Assembly (NCBI GenBank): GCA_965200315.1
Contig: OZ241362.1
Location: 2,816,001-2,880,000 of the forward strand
Length of the DNA stretch: 64,000 bases
Direction: 5' to 3'
Source of the DNA: Candidatus Latescibacterota bacterium
Lineage (GTDB): Bacteria; Latescibacterota; UBA2968; UBA8231
Made by a program: the position numbers and the translations under genes. Every line of letters begins with the position of its first letter. Position 1 is the stretch's first letter. The notes under the pieces were generated by a model. The model ran no database searches and was not told the origin of the DNA. It saw only the letters and a program-made list of their open reading frames with translations. Shown piece after piece: positions 18,387 through 27,217 of this stretch.

Positions 18387-20501
18387 TTATGACTTCATAA
18401 CATGCAGTTCGGTTAATTGATGTGCGAGACGGATTCGGGAGACACCAACCGCATCAAGTTGCCCTACAGGAACATGTGCAACTTGAATTTTTGATTCGAT
18501 ACGGATTTTGCTTCTGTCACAGTCTCGCCCAATGGCTTGAGTCAACATCGAAAATTTGTTACCCTTGCCGATCACGAACCAGACCTTTTCGCCCAGCATC
18601 TTTTCCAGATCCTTACGCAGGTTCTTAGGGAATTTAGTTTTAGGCTCAATCAGTAGCATAATTGCCAGACCAGGAACTCGCGCTACATCCAACATGAGAC
18701 TTCTATGGTCCTTATGCCCAAGCTGATCAAGTGCCTCGTCGAGCAGGGTGCGGTGCAATTCTTTCTGCTGCTTGTTGATTCTCCAAGCCAAATCCCTTTG
18801 TCTGTCTGCCAGTTGTAAGGTATTTGATACAACCGCCTGAAGTTCACGGATTAAGACATTGACTTGCTTTTTGAGAAGGTCTTGATGAAACCAATCTCTA
18901 AATTCTTTATGGAGATTATGTTCTATTTTTCTGACATCAGATTCGAGTCTCCTTGTAAGTTTGTTGCGTTGCTTTATCGCCTTTTCCTCTCGGTCCTCAA
19001 AGAACCCAGAAAGGAACCGCCCTAGCAATCCAATAGCTGCCGCCGCCCAGCCAAAGGGACCACTGGAAAAAATGAGAGCAGCAATACCAAGCCCACTAGA
19101 AATAATATCGGTCGTCCATTTCCAAGCCCGTTTTGCATTGAATATAGAATCCATGCTAATCCTGCGGTCGCCAGCAAATTTACCGACAAAATTCAGTTCA
19201 GACTTGAGTTGCCGTGCAGTTTCTGATAGTTCGTCTTTACATTCATTCTGGATTTGCTCGAAAAGTTTCTTTGCCTTTCGTTTTATACCTTGATTTTCGA
19301 CTAAGCGGTCCCAGCACTTGCCAGCATCGTATGCCTCGTAGTTATCTTCCGCGAATCCCGGAATTTTAGCGCGTAGCGAGTTCATTTCTTTTTTAATGAA
19401 TGTATCAATGCGTTCTTGCCCACTTTTGCGAAAGCCATCAGACCATGACTTGACTTGGCGGTGCTTGTCTATGAGAACTCTGCCACTGGACGAGTTCTGA
19501 GCACTGAAGTCTAGGAGTCTTTCGCTAAACTCAATCATTGGAACAACAGCACCATCAATGAAGCTCTTCCATCGTAAGAATGTTCCACGGCCGACTACCT
19601 CCGAAATAATTTGCTTTTCGATGTAGTTGAAGCGGCTCGTGTGTTCTAATTTGCACTGTTGAGACTTGTATTCGGGCTGTTGAGACAGGAACTTCGATTG
19701 CAAATGGGTGTAAACGAAGCGGATTCGGCTACCCGGACTGTACTTTTCCGCAAACTCGTGGAACTGTCGGACAATAGCATCGAGATCGCTCCGTTTGTGA
19801 TCGAACCAGTTCCTTCGCAAAAAAAGGCGCATATCGTCCGCATTGTTAAGAGCGACTTTAACGTTGCAGATACCCAGAATCGGTTTTCCGAGTGCCCGAA
19901 CACGTGCGAGGCACTCTGCTTCTTCGTTCTGCGGAGCATCGTCAGTGATCAAAAAAAGCACAAGGTCCGATTGAGCGGCGGCCTCAAACGCCTTTTCCTC
20001 GTCCTCACCGCCCTCAAACGCGGCTATACCGGGCACATCGGTAATTTTGAGCCCTTTCCAGTCGTAGCTACGCACGTCTCGGGTCGTGCGCTGGCCTCCC
20101 TTGCCGATGGACGCTCCGTCGCCGTTAGTCAAAATCTCCATCAATGTTGACTTTCCAGTCATCGTTCGACCAAAGAGGGCAATAGAGAATTTGTCCAACC
20201 GTGCATAGTTCTCTTTTGTTTGGCGCACCTGTTTTTCGTGCAACAAATAGAGTTCCGACACCACTTGTTGTAACTGCTCTTGGGTCTTTTTTTTAATATC
20301 GGAGGTTTGGACGTTTCCATCGTTCAGACTTGTCAGTTGTTGTTTCAAGTCCTCCGAAACCTCGTCTATAGCGACCTTGAATCCGTCGAGGTTGTTCTTT
20401 GCAATCCGGTATCCTTCGCGGGCTGACCTAGGGCATTTATTAAGGGCCTTTTGGAAGCTCGGTCTTTTTTTGAAGATTCTTGAGATTATTGCTTTAATCA
20501 T
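18387..20501 (-). CDS. Dynamin-like GTPase with C-terminal NusA-KH-like extension
   Basis: G1 GRTMTGKS, RTT, DVPG, NVK; hydrophobic GLGIAALIFSSGPFGWAAAAIG; tail ARVPG...LGEKV...RIRLAHQLT. Confidence 0.8.
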   Translation of the reverse strand: MIKAIISRIFKKRPSFQKALNKCPRSAREGYRIAKNNLDGFKVAIDEVSEDLKQQLTSLNDGNVQTSDIKKKTQEQLQQVVSELYLLHEKQVRQTKENYARLDKFSIALFGRTMTGKSTLMEILTNGDGASIGKGGQRTTRDVRSYDWKGLKITDVPGIAAFEGGEDEEKAFEAAAQSDLVLFLITDDAPQNEEAECLARVRALGKPILGICNVKVALNNADDMRLFLRRNWFDHKRSDLDAIVRQFHEFAEKYSPGSRIRFVYTHLQSKFLSQQPEYKSQQCKLEHTSRFNYIEKQIISEVVGRGTFLRWKSFIDGAVVPMIEFSERLLDFSAQNSSSGRVLIDKHRQVKSWSDGFRKSGQERIDTFIKKEMNSLRAKIPGFAEDNYEAYDAGKCWDRLVENQGIKRKAKKLFEQIQNECKDELSETARQLKSELNFVGKFAGDRRISMDSIFNAKRAWKWTTDIISSGLGIAALIFSSGPFGWAAAAIGLLGRFLSGFFEDREEKAIKQRNKLTRRLESDVRKIEHNLHKEFRDWFHQDLLKKQVNVLIRELQAVVSNTLQLADRQRDLAWRINKQQKELHRTLLDEALDQLGHKDHRSLMLDVARVPGLAIMLLIEPKTKFPKNLRKDLEKMLGEKVWFVIGKGNKFSMLTQAIGRDCDRSKIRIESKIQVAHVPVGQLDAVGVSRIRLAHQLTELHVMKS

Positions 20502-20556
20502 TGTACTGTCCTTGTTTGAGTGGTGGTATTTGACCGGGGCGAAGGATGCGATTCAC

Positions 20557-21345
20557 CTACTCGCCCTCCAACGACCGCCGCATCGCCTCTCCTTGATCGC
20601 GCCAGTACCCGTATAGCACCGCTATATCCGTGCCGACGCAGAAATGCCGCACCCCCATGTCGAGAAAGCGCTTGGCGTCGTCGGCTGTGTTGATTTCGGC
20701 GCGCGGATGGACGCCCATTTCCAAGGCCGTCTTAAAAACCTTTTCTTCGGCCGCGGCAATTTCCGGCACGCCGCGCTGGCCGGCCTTGCCGATGCTCATG
20801 GAGTAATCGGCCCCTCCCCATTGGACCATCTCGGCTCCTTCTACCGAGAGCATGGCCTCCAAATCGGCGACGGCACTTTCCTTTTCGATCATCAAAACCA
20901 CGACCACGTCGCGCAGGGCTTGGACGTATTCTGGGGTGCCGCCATAGCTCATATAGGCGATGCGCCGCATAGCCACCCCATAGGTGCCTTCCTCTCCGGG
21001 CGCGTCGGCGCGTACGCAGCGCACACAGGCCCGCGCGTCGTCCGGGTCGCGCACATCGGCAAACAGTACGCTGCCGAAGCCCGACCCTATGGCCCGTTGG
21101 GCCACGTAAGCGCGGTTTTCGGCATCGACCTTGATCATCGATCCCAAGTCCCATAGCTCGGCGGCGCGGGCGAGGTTGTCCAAGTCGTGTAGGTCAAAGG
21201 GGCCGTACTCGGCGACAAACTCCACGTAGTCGTACGCGCCCGTATGTCCTAGGGCTTCGACGACCGAAGGCCAAGTGGTGTGGATGTGGGTGCCTAGCGT
21301 GGGCTCGCCGGCGTTGAGTTTTTCGCGCAGCTTGTTGGGTCTCAT
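20557..21345 (-). CDS. HpcH/HpaI aldolase family protein
   Basis: MRPNKLREKL, VVLMIEK, VQWGGADYSMSIG. Confidence 0.88.
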   Translation of the reverse strand: MRPNKLREKLNAGEPTLGTHIHTTWPSVVEALGHTGAYDYVEFVAEYGPFDLHDLDNLARAAELWDLGSMIKVDAENRAYVAQRAIGSGFGSVLFADVRDPDDARACVRCVRADAPGEEGTYGVAMRRIAYMSYGGTPEYVQALRDVVVVLMIEKESAVADLEAMLSVEGAEMVQWGGADYSMSIGKAGQRGVPEIAAAEEKVFKTALEMGVHPRAEINTADDAKRFLDMGVRHFCVGTDIAVLYGYWRDQGEAMRRSLEGE

Positions 21346-21357
21346 TGTTTTTCTCCT

Positions 21358-22329
21358 TTAAAACTGTTCCTCGTCGCGGTCGGTGGCTGGCGGCGGTGCG
21401 ATCGAAAGTGCCGACACCTCGGCACGCATCTCGTCCGACATGGCAAAGTCGAGCGCGGCGAGCGATGGCTTTAGCTGGTCTAGGTCGCGTCCGCCGACGA
21501 TCGGCGCGGTTACGTCTCGATGCCCCATGACCCACGCGACGGCCAAGGTCGCCGGATGTACGCCTTTGTCGCCGGCATAGCGCACGAAGTGCTCGGCGAC
21601 TTCGTAGAACACGGGCTTGGCGTAGCGCCTGATGTAGTTGTCCTGCTGCAAGAGGCGACCCCGCTCGGGCCGCTTGTCAATCCCGTATTTGCCGGTCAGT
21701 AAGCCGCCGCCCAAGGGGCTATAAGTAATCACGCCCAAACCCTCTGAGCGGGCCAGCGGCAAAATTTCTACCTCCACTTGCCGCTTGGCCAAGCTGTACA
21801 TGGGCTGAATGCACGCAAACTGTGCCAGCCCTTCGCGGGCGCAGTGGCCGAGGGCTTTGGCAATCTGCCAAGCGGCCCAGTTGCTCACGGCTGGGTAGAG
21901 GATTTTGCCGCCGCGCACCAAGTCGTCGAGCGCGGCGAGGGTCTCTTCCATCGGCGTATCTTCGTCGAAGTTATGGACGAAGTAGAGGTCGAGGCGGTCC
22001 GTCTGCAACCGCCTGAGACTGGCCTCTACGGCCTGCACAATATGCCGCCTCGACAGGCCCCGGTCGTTGGGGCCGTCGCCCATTGAGCCGCAGACTTTCG
22101 AGGTGATTACCAATTCGTCGCGCTCGCCTTGGATCAACCGGCCTAATATCTCCTCGGAACGCCCGTTGGAATAGACATTGGCCGTGTCGAAGAAATTGAT
22201 CCCCAACTCGCGGCAGTGGCGATACATCTGCCCGGAGGTAGCCTCGTCCGCATCGCCGCCAAAGGCCATAGTACCGTAGCACAGGGAAGACACTCTGACG
22301 CCTGTGCGGCCTAGGGTATTGTACTGCAC
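21358..22329 (-). CDS. Aldo/keto reductase
   Basis: LCYGTMAFG, FFDTANVY, SLRRLQTDRLDLYFVH, YSPLGGGLLTGKY. Confidence 0.93.
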   Translation of the reverse strand: MQYNTLGRTGVRVSSLCYGTMAFGGDADEATSGQMYRHCRELGINFFDTANVYSNGRSEEILGRLIQGERDELVITSKVCGSMGDGPNDRGLSRRHIVQAVEASLRRLQTDRLDLYFVHNFDEDTPMEETLAALDDLVRGGKILYPAVSNWAAWQIAKALGHCAREGLAQFACIQPMYSLAKRQVEVEILPLARSEGLGVITYSPLGGGLLTGKYGIDKRPERGRLLQQDNYIRRYAKPVFYEVAEHFVRYAGDKGVHPATLAVAWVMGHRDVTAPIVGGRDLDQLKPSLAALDFAMSDEMRAEVSALSIAPPPATDRDEEQF

Positions 22330-22483
22330 CTTAATATTTTCTCCTTTAGTAGAATTCCGTGCGGCAGGGCAAGCTAAGGAAGAGGGTAGCTATCATCAAG
22401 TGGCGTCATTGGCTACAAAGCACGGTCGTTCTATATTAAGCGCCGCGCTGTACATCCCGCATTACAGGAGTGATTCAACCCCA

Positions 22484-22768
22484 ATGGACGCGCCCCGCCA
22501 ACGCCTGCTCTACTTGCAGGCGCGCACCCCCAGCGTCATGTCCAACATCATCGGCCTAACGCTCATCGAGCCGGTCGCAGGCTTTGCTCCCGAGATTTGC
22601 GCTGAATCAGCACCCGACTGGCCCTACGCAACCGTACACGACGCCGTAGTTGACGGCTGGCAAATCGTCCAATTCCCCCATCTACAAGCGCCGTTCGACG
22701 ATAGGGAGTTGGACGTGATTGGCTATGAGTTCATCCTACAGAAAATGGAGGTTATCGCCGATGAATGA
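22484..22768 (+). CDS. Small hypothetical protein coupled to a PhyH gene
   Basis: AGGAG RBS, 94 aa, overlaps the next start by 8 nt. Confidence 0.75.
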   Translation: MDAPRQRLLYLQARTPSVMSNIIGLTLIEPVAGFAPEICAESAPDWPYATVHDAVVDGWQIVQFPHLQAPFDDRELDVIGYEFILQKMEVIADE

Positions 22769-23540
22769 GCATCTGCTCAGCGACTCCGAAGTGGCCCGTT
22801 TCCTCGTCACCGGCTACCACCTCGTCGAGCCGGAATTGCCCGCCGGGCTCAACGAGTCCATCGCCGCCCAGCTCGACGCGCTCGACTGCAACCCCGGCGA
22901 CGCCATCACCGAAGCCGTGCCCGAGCTATGGCAAGTGCTCGATCGCCCGACCGTCAAAGGTGCGCTCGTCAGCCTGCTCGGCCCGGACTACGAGGTGCAG
23001 CCACATCGCCACTGGCACTGCAAGCAGCCGAATTCGCCGCACATGAACTGGCACCAAGACGGCCTCAACAACCGCGACGTGCTGCTCAACCGCTTCCTCG
23101 GGCTGTACTACCCGACCGACGTCACGCCCGACATGGGGCCGACGATCATCGTCCCCGGCACCCAATTCCGCAACGCGCCGACGGACCGCATGGCCACGTA
23201 CACCAACATCCGCGGCCAAGTGCCGCTCGTGGTCAAGGCCGGGACCGTGGCCTTCACTCACTACGATCTCTGGCACGGCACGGCCGCCAATCGCTCGCCT
23301 CACAAGCGCCACATGATCAAGTTCCTCTTCCGCCGCACTCAGGACAACACAGCACCCACTTGGAACCACGATCCCAAGGCAGCCAATAAACCCGCCGACT
23401 GGAACGAGCGCGACCGGGCCGAGGACGTCACCAACATCCTCAACTTCACCAATCCGTTGGGCGTCTCCCAGAGCGACCACTACAAGGAGCGCGCCATCCG
23501 CCGCCAGAACTGGAACTACCTCATGGGCCTGTCGGCCTAA
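22761..23540 (+). CDS. PhyH-family dioxygenase
   Basis: HRHWH, WHQD, MGPT, HYDLWHG. Confidence 0.88.
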   Translation: MNEHLLSDSEVARFLVTGYHLVEPELPAGLNESIAAQLDALDCNPGDAITEAVPELWQVLDRPTVKGALVSLLGPDYEVQPHRHWHCKQPNSPHMNWHQDGLNNRDVLLNRFLGLYYPTDVTPDMGPTIIVPGTQFRNAPTDRMATYTNIRGQVPLVVKAGTVAFTHYDLWHGTAANRSPHKRHMIKFLFRRTQDNTAPTWNHDPKAANKPADWNERDRAEDVTNILNFTNPLGVSQSDHYKERAIRRQNWNYLMGLSA

Positions 23541-23568
23541 TCCCAACTCCTAGCAAAGAAAGCATTCT

Positions 23569-24246
23569 ATGACCGTTCAGATCGCCCGCGTTGAAGAGCG
23601 TTTCAAATGCCCCGGACCCCAGCCCAACGGCCTGCAAGCCGCGCCCGACGGCCTCTGGTGCATCGACCAAGTAGACCTCAAGATCTATAAATTCGACTAC
23701 GAAAGCGGCGAAGTCCTCTTTGAAGCCCAGACCGACACTGCACACTCCAGCGGCATTACGCTTGGCGACGGATCGCTGTGGATCGCCTCGACCTTTGAGC
23801 TTAAGATCGCCCGCCTCGACCCGGCTACGGGCCAAACCATCGCCAAGCTAGATTCGCCCGGCAATGGCGTCGTCGCTTGGGTCGCCGACCAGCAGAATGG
23901 CCGCGTCACCGGGGCCCACGGCCTCGAGTGGAAGGACGGCAAGGTGTACGTGGCCTCGCCGCCTTCGCAATTCGTTCACGTAATGGATGCCAGCACTTGG
24001 GAAGAAGTCCATTCCTTTCGCGTCCCCGGCCTCCGGGTCCACGGCCTAGCTTGGGCTGACAACGGCACCCTCTGGGTCGCCGACACCTCGGCCGGCACCA
24101 TCAACCGCCTCGATCCCGAAGACGGGCGCATCTGGGAGGTCATCCGCGTCGAAGCTCCCACCGAAGTCCACGGGATGACCATCCACGAGGGTGTGCTCTG
24201 GTACTGCGACGCTGCCACGCGCGCCATTGGCCAACTATACATATAG
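23569..24246 (+). CDS. Beta-propeller protein (Vgb/SMP-30/glutamine cyclotransferase-like)
   Basis: Repeated HGL.W / LW..D blades. Confidence 0.7.
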   Translation: MTVQIARVEERFKCPGPQPNGLQAAPDGLWCIDQVDLKIYKFDYESGEVLFEAQTDTAHSSGITLGDGSLWIASTFELKIARLDPATGQTIAKLDSPGNGVVAWVADQQNGRVTGAHGLEWKDGKVYVASPPSQFVHVMDASTWEEVHSFRVPGLRVHGLAWADNGTLWVADTSAGTINRLDPEDGRIWEVIRVEAPTEVHGMTIHEGVLWYCDAATRAIGQLYI

Positions 24247-24261
24247 AAGAGAGGGGCTGCA

Positions 24262-25377
24262 TTGAAGATTACAGAGGTCAAAACCGCTGAAGTGCGCGTA
24301 AACCACTATCTCTACCATTACGTCCGCATCCACACCGACGAGGGCATCTACGGCACTGGCGAGGCCAGCCACGTCGATGGCGGCTGGCGCGGCTCCACCC
24401 AGACCATGGCCGCCCAGCTTATCGGCAAGGACCCGCGCGATGTCGATGCGCTCTTTGAGGGCATTCGCCGCAGCTACATCTTCCGCGGCGGCATGTCGGG
24501 CTTGGCGATTTCGGCACTGACCGGCCTTGAGGTCGCGCTTTGGGATTTGGCTGGCAAGGCCCAAGGCGTACCCGTTTACCGGCTCTTGGGCGGCAAATTC
24601 CGCGATCGGGTGCGCCTCTACGTCGACAGTGCCCATTCGGACTACAAAGAGCGCGCCGAGGACGCGCGCGCAAAAGGCTTCACCGCGATTAAGTTCGATC
24701 TCGACGACGCGGGCCACCCGGAAAAGCTCGATCCTTGGAACTGGTCGGTGGCCCCTGCCGAGCTGGAGGATTTGGTCGATCAAGCGCATCAGATCCGCGA
24801 GGCCGTCGGCCCCCACATGGACTTGGCTATTGACCTGCACGGGCGCTACGATGCCACGGCCGGGATGAAGTTCGCCCACGCGCTCGAAGGTCTGAATCTG
24901 ATGTGGCTCGAAGAGCCGGTGCCGCCCGAGAATATCGACGCCCTCAAGCGCATCACCGACTCGACCCGCACCCCGATCTGCGCTGGCGAAAACGCCTATC
25001 TGCGCTACGGTTTCCGCGACATGCTCGAACAGCAGGCGGTCGATATCATCATGCCCGACATTTCCAAGTGCGGCGGCCTCTCCGAGTGTCGCAAAATTGC
25101 CAACATGGCCGAGACCTACTACATCCCCTTTGCCCCGCACAACAATTCCAGCGCCTTGAGCACCGTGGCCGACGCCCACGTCTGCGCCAGCGTGCCCAAT
25201 TTTCTCGCCTTGGAGTTCCACCGCTACGACGACCCGACTTGGAATGACGTAGTGCTCGCCGATGAGCCGGTGATTCAGGAAGGGCACGTGGTGTTGAGCG
25301 ATAAGCGAGGGCTGGGAGCGGAACTGAACGAGGCGTTTTTGCAGAGTATGCTGGACGGGGTGCCGCTCTGGCAGTAG
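24262..25377 (+). CDS. Mandelate racemase/muconate lactonizing enzyme family (sugar-acid dehydratase-like)
   Basis: TDEGIYGTGE, ALWDLAGK, KFD, DLH, WLEEP, GEN, APHN. Confidence 0.92.
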   Translation: MKITEVKTAEVRVNHYLYHYVRIHTDEGIYGTGEASHVDGGWRGSTQTMAAQLIGKDPRDVDALFEGIRRSYIFRGGMSGLAISALTGLEVALWDLAGKAQGVPVYRLLGGKFRDRVRLYVDSAHSDYKERAEDARAKGFTAIKFDLDDAGHPEKLDPWNWSVAPAELEDLVDQAHQIREAVGPHMDLAIDLHGRYDATAGMKFAHALEGLNLMWLEEPVPPENIDALKRITDSTRTPICAGENAYLRYGFRDMLEQQAVDIIMPDISKCGGLSECRKIANMAETYYIPFAPHNNSSALSTVADAHVCASVPNFLALEFHRYDDPTWNDVVLADEPVIQEGHVVLSDKRGLGAELNEAFLQSMLDGVPLWQ

Positions 25378-25500
25378 GTACTCGAAGGCATCCTTGAGTT
25401 TGTTGATCATGCCACGTCCAAAGAATGCTGTTGACATTATGGGCGTCGCCGCGAAAATGCTAGCTAGCAGTAGGAAAAGGCTCAAAGAAAGGACTTTGCC

Positions 25501-25874
25501 ATGGGAGCAACGCACGTCACTGTAACGATTCGCAACCCGGCCGCGCCGGACCGCACTTGGGAAGGGCTTTTTCTGGTGGATACCGGGCGACCGATTGTCT
25601 CGTCCCGAGGCCGCACCTCGAATCCATCGGCCTCAAGTCGAAAGGCCAACGGACGTATGAACTGGCCAATGGGGCCGAACTAATACTCGACGTCACGAGC
25701 GCGGACATCGAATTTATGGGAGAATTCGTCGGCGGCACGATCATCTTCGGCGACGCGGACGCCGAGCCACTGCTCGGGCTGACGGCGATCGAATCGGTCG
25801 GCATTGAAGTCGATCCGCTGAATCAGCGGCTAAAAAGGCTACCAGCGGTTCGCCTCAAACGATTTGTAGAGTAG
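25501..25874 (+). pseudogene. Clan AA aspartic protease, frameshifted at the DTG motif
   Basis: FLVDTG in one frame, ATDCLVP...EPLLGLTAIESVG in another; one G missing at ~25584-25586. Confidence 0.8.
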
Positions 25875-25929
25875 AGTAGAGCAGTGGCTCGATAAGAGAG
25901 CTAACGAATCACTCCCTTAATGATCTCAA

Positions 25930-26339
25930 TGCTAATGGTGTGATGGTGCGGACGATGCGTCCGTTCGCATCAACCACGCGAATATTCCTCACGCCTAAGC
26001 TACAGTTGATTGTCAAGCTATGGTCCGCAACGGGCTTCGCACTTGGTCTTGGTCTTGGTCTTGGAAGGGAGTACGGATCGGCCTGATTGACATCAACTTG
26101 GTAGCCAAGATTGCCCGCCGACCAATAAAACGCACGTCCAAATCTGGGACGAAGGGGAGGGCACTGAAAACCTCATCCCATTTAAGACCCTGCATCAAAT
26201 TTTTCTCATGCCAAACATCACCGGTAAAACCTAAAGCGTGCGCCATCTCGTGGAGAACAATTCGTTGAAGAAAATACGACGAACAACTAGATACCAGCCC
26301 AACACCGAACAGATCGCGGAACGTCATTCCAGCGATCAT
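25930..26339 (-). pseudogene. Remnant of a leishmanolysin-like zinc metalloprotease
   Basis: IVLHEMAHALGF (HExxH); separate C-terminal piece IRVVDANGRIVRTITP*. Confidence 0.6.
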
Positions 26340-26463
26340 TCGGCTCTTGGTGAGTAAGGGATTTAGAGCTTAACTCCTGAGATGAATTTTGATCGGGGGG
26401 TGAAGTGGATTTCATCCACCGCTTGGTCGAACTCCAAACGCGCTCATATTAAGGAAACCTACC

Positions 26464-26859
26464 ATGACCCAACGCAAAGCACACAACCTCGCCTGGCCTT
26501 GGACCGAAAATTTCCGCATCTCGCAGGCAGTGCAAGTCGGCGATACGATCTATGTCTCCGGCCAAGGGCCGCTCGACTCAGAGGGCCAACTCGTCGGCGA
26601 AGGCGACATGGCCGCGCAGTCGCGCCAAGTCTTTGCCAACATCCGCGCCGTACTCGTCGAGGCCGGCGCGACCATGGACGACGTGGTCAAGATCACCTCG
26701 TTTATCACCGATACCAGCCGCTATGCAGAATACTCGGCCGCCCGCGCCGAAACCTTTCCCAACCACATCCCCGCCAGTTCTACCGTGACGGTCGCCGACT
26801 TGGTGATACCCGGTATGCTCGTCGAGGTCGAAGCCATAGCCGTTGTGGGTAGCAGCTAA
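26464..26859 (+). CDS. RidA/YjgF/UK114 family protein
   Basis: SQAVQVGDTIYVSGQ, DVVK, LVEVEAIA. Confidence 0.93.
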   Translation: MTQRKAHNLAWPWTENFRISQAVQVGDTIYVSGQGPLDSEGQLVGEGDMAAQSRQVFANIRAVLVEAGATMDDVVKITSFITDTSRYAEYSAARAETFPNHIPASSTVTVADLVIPGMLVEVEAIAVVGSS

Positions 26860-26960
26860 CTACCTCGGCTCCCGATATACATCCGGCCCGGAGCCGCCGA
26901 CCAAGATATCCAAATCAACGCCCTTGTCGGCTTGGAGCACGTCCCGCGTGGCGACCGCGC
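26858..26960. repeat. Direct copy of the 3' end of the IlvD/Edd gene (28430..28557)
   Basis: 85 bp with 4 mismatches vs 28430..28514, then a 24-bp deletion and ~18 further matching bases. Confidence 0.95.
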
Positions 26961-27086
26961 AAACTAGTCTATATCGTGCCCGATGAGTCACCGGGTAGAA
27001 GGCCCGTTATAGATTTTTCCCGTGGATCATGTGTCAGAGATAAACGTCTTGGGAAAAATCCTCGACCAAGTCTTTGGCCAAATAGG

Positions 27087-27202
27087 CTGTCAATTATCCT
27101 GTCAAATAAGAGCGAATTTTGCCCAGTTTCCTTGTTGATATAATATAAGTTCATTATTTATTGTATATTAAAAAAATTTACTATCTGTCAAATTAACTGT
27201 CA
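27087..27202 (+). promoter_or_regulatory. Two pairs of CTGTCA direct repeats in the AT-rich Fic promoter
   Basis: CTGTCA at 27087, 27099, 27185 and 27197 (12-bp period in each pair). Confidence 0.6.
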
Positions 27203-27217
27203 TATAAGGGGACAAAT

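Noticed and set aside
16498-20538. TTTGACCGGG at 16498 and 20529 as a target duplication for the dynamin block
   Set aside because: Only 10 bp and overlapping the aldolase-end repeat; compatible with chance.
25501-25874. Programmed frameshift in the aspartic protease (also at 12491)
   Set aside because: Single-base indels in short G runs with no slippery heptamer; sequencing error or pseudogenisation is simpler.
26042-26064. CTTGGT hexamer tandem repeat
   Set aside because: Fewer than four units inside a decayed gene; no evidence of function.
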